DNA of 20,000 nucleotides, taken from IMG/VR virus record IMGVR_UViG_3300002220_000736; one strand, 5' to 3'. This DNA is from an uncultured virus (IMG/VR IMGVR_UViG_3300002220_000736) (taxonomy: Duplodnaviria; Heunggongvirae; Uroviricota; Caudoviricetes). The notes under the pieces are model-generated. The model did not search any database and was not told where the DNA came from. It was given only the letters and a program-made list of their open reading frames with translations. Shown piece after piece: positions 18,338 through 20,000 of the stretch; within the stretch, counting starts at the first letter, position 1, and each line of letters starts with the position of its first letter. Made by a program: the position numbers and the translations under genes.

Positions 18338-18361
18338 TTGGATACATGATTAGTATGTCAA
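18338..18361 (-). promoter_or_regulatory. Hairpin with C-UAAUCAU-G loop downstream of the major capsid gene
   Basis: Minus strand TTG-AC-ATAC-TAATCAT-GTAT-C-CAA. Confidence 0.55.
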
Positions 18362-18364
18362 TTG

Positions 18365-19483
18365 TTATGCCGAGATATGGCAGATACCAGTTTTGCTATT
18401 CCTGTCAGAACGAATCTGAGGAACCTGAATAGTCATAACTTTGTAGCGGTTGATGAAGTTGCCTTCTGTCTGCCACTGAACGTTCTGGATACCCATACCC
18501 TGAACCAAACGCACTACGTCAGGAGTCATTTGTACAAGTACAGCATTGTTTAATGGCAAAGTATCCACAACCTTAATATCCGTGATGTTAGAAACGGCAA
18601 GGATACGGTCACGAATTGTACGAGTGGATGTGTCAGGATTTGCTCCAACATAATCTTCGTCCAGTGCAAGTTCCCAAGTAGAAGGAAGATAAAGGGTATA
18701 AGGGCCGTAATGTTTTGCTGCATTAAGTTTTGCTTTTGCAGCAAGAACATCATTCAAAATACCCACACCAGTTTTTGACGAAGCCGTCCAAGAAGTCACA
18801 GTCAAAGTTTCACGATCCGGAAAATTGATGTAGCTGTAAATGCTGTTACGAGAACGATCATCCAAAGCACCCCATCCGTAAGTTGTATTTGTGAACAACA
18901 AACTTTCCACATAATCAGCTACTTTACGGGCAGCACGTTCCGCAGAAGAAGTTTCAATCGGGTTGCCGTTGTTACGACTGGTTGCTAAAAACCGAGCATT
19001 GATTTCATAATCTACATGAATTATGGGGATTGGTAAAGAGTTACGTTGGAAAGTAACCCTGTCATTTTTACCACGGGAAATAGCATCCATTGTCATTTCA
19101 GCTTCCATTGCATCACCTGAATCATCCCATTCAAGTACCGTAGTGCCCATAGCATTTCCAAGTTTGTACACTAAGCCTTTACTTACCAAATCAGCGATAC
19201 CGCTTAAACGGGTTTCAGCAATGGATAGTACAGCATCATCCAACTGTTTCCATTCGTCTTTCCGCAAAGTTGTTGTGTTTGTTTGGATTTGTCGGGCTTC
19301 ATAATTCTTTGGGTTTTTTGCATCCCCACCTTTAAAAGCCGTCACGTAAACACCCCAAGCACCTGTTTTTTCATTGAAGTGCATATATGGACGCATTGTG
19401 CCGGGATCAAGTCGTGAATTGTTATTCAAAATGTGATTTGCAAATTCACCCTGTGCCTGTCCATTTGAAATTAAATCAATCAT
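18365..19483 (-). CDS. Major capsid protein (HK97 fold, encapsulin/Linocin_M18-like type)
   Basis: 372 aa. Motifs TLRKDEW.QLD.AV, PIPIIH.D..IN.R.L..SR..G.P, AARKVA, YGPY.LY and KVM.I.VP.IRSD. SD GAAAGGGGG upstream. Confidence 0.92.
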   Translation of the reverse strand: MIDLISNGQAQGEFANHILNNNSRLDPGTMRPYMHFNEKTGAWGVYVTAFKGGDAKNPKNYEARQIQTNTTTLRKDEWKQLDDAVLSIAETRLSGIADLVSKGLVYKLGNAMGTTVLEWDDSGDAMEAEMTMDAISRGKNDRVTFQRNSLPIPIIHVDYEINARFLATSRNNGNPIETSSAERAARKVADYVESLLFTNTTYGWGALDDRSRNSIYSYINFPDRETLTVTSWTASSKTGVGILNDVLAAKAKLNAAKHYGPYTLYLPSTWELALDEDYVGANPDTSTRTIRDRILAVSNITDIKVVDTLPLNNAVLVQMTPDVVRLVQGMGIQNVQWQTEGNFINRYKVMTIQVPQIRSDRNSKTGICHISA

Positions 19484-19501
19484 AGTATGTTTCCCCCTTT
19501 C

Positions 19502-19978
19502 TTAAATTATTCTTACAATGATACGTCCCACCTCAGTAGCACTGTCACTTAAATCAACAGCTTCAACAGCAACAGCTACAATAGCATGTCCGTAGATAGT
19601 TGTAACATCCGATGCTGAATCTACATCAGGCACATGTGCCTGTAATGTTCCATCCCCAGCACTTTCCAATGCAGCACCAATAGCAACATTTTCACCGTCT
19701 TTCAACAAAGCATAGACCATATCCCCACGAGTGGGAATCCAACACTGCAATTTTGATGAATTGGCGAAAGCGGTGTCAATACCCCTGCCCTGCAATTCAT
19801 CCTCAACTGCAAACATAGCTGGAAGTACATTTCCTCCTGGAACTGAATGCTTTTTCACCAAACCAGCACTATCCAATTCCAATAAATGTCCCGGAGTAAT
19901 TGCCGCAGCAGTTGATGTGTACTCCTCCATTACCGGAGTTGGCATGTAATTTTTTAACTTAATAGTGTTCTTTGCCAT
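19502..19978 (-). CDS. Capsid decoration/cement protein
   Basis: 158 aa, immediately upstream of the major capsid gene. Motifs AITPG.L.E and L..GENV.IG..LES.GDGTL. SD AAGGAGG at 19988-19994. Confidence 0.82.
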   Translation of the reverse strand: MAKNTIKLKNYMPTPVMEEYTSTAAAITPGHLLELDSAGLVKKHSVPGGNVLPAMFAVEDELQGRGIDTAFANSSKLQCWIPTRGDMVYALLKDGENVAIGAALESAGDGTLQAHVPDVDSASDVTTIYGHAIVAVAVEAVDLSDSATEVGRIIVRII

Positions 19979-20000
19979 AATTTTAATCCTCCTTATTTAT

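Noticed and set aside
18323..18361. Perfect TTGACA and TATAAT on the minus strand after the major capsid gene
   Set aside because: The spacer is 27 nt, far from the ~17 nt needed for a sigma70 promoter.
18365..19483. Bacterial encapsulin/bacteriocin locus
   Set aside because: The gene is flanked by decoration, neck and tail genes, so it is a phage capsid protein.
1703..19949. All plus-strand ORFs in the track, and the short minus-strand ORFs nested in other frames (3608-3799, 4822-5067, 6510-6719, 10382-10591, 18550-18753)
   Set aside because: They lie within or opposite long, motif-bearing minus-strand genes and show no recognisable motifs. They are shadow ORFs.
1..20000. tRNA, rRNA, CRISPR array, integrase, complete DGR, alternative genetic code
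   Set aside because: None seen. Intergenic gaps are too short for RNA genes or arrays, and the genes translate full length with the standard code, using all three stop codons.

Overview
A 20 kb head-to-tail morphogenesis operon of a tailed dsDNA phage or prophage (siphovirus-like, probably with a Bacteroidota host). All real genes are on the minus strand and are read from 20000 towards 1. The order is: capsid decoration protein, encapsulin/Linocin-like HK97-fold major capsid protein, small post-capsid protein, a ~6.4 kb block of five sugar-modifying genes (MptE/DUF115-like, GT8+GT-A+O-methyltransferase, RmlD-like+C-methyltransferase, GT-A, sulfotransferase), head-tail adaptor, an inserted Endonuclease VII/HNH gene, head closure, HK97 gp10-like, tail terminator, tail tube, tail assembly chaperone with a -1 frameshift, tape measure, tail-tip genes and a truncated PKD+LRR-like adhesin. 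Main observations: (1) an 878 bp circularly permuted FN3+DUF1566 lectin gene appears to split the tail-tip gene into two reciprocal chimeras; (2) a probable virion glycosylation/sulfation cluster, whose largest enzyme starts with a copy of a domain from the post-capsid protein; (3) a homing endonuclease that appears to supply a recoded replacement start for the gene it interrupts; (4) a shared hairpin with loop UAAUCAU right after both the major capsid and tail tube genes. All family assignments come from motif recognition by eye, with no database search.
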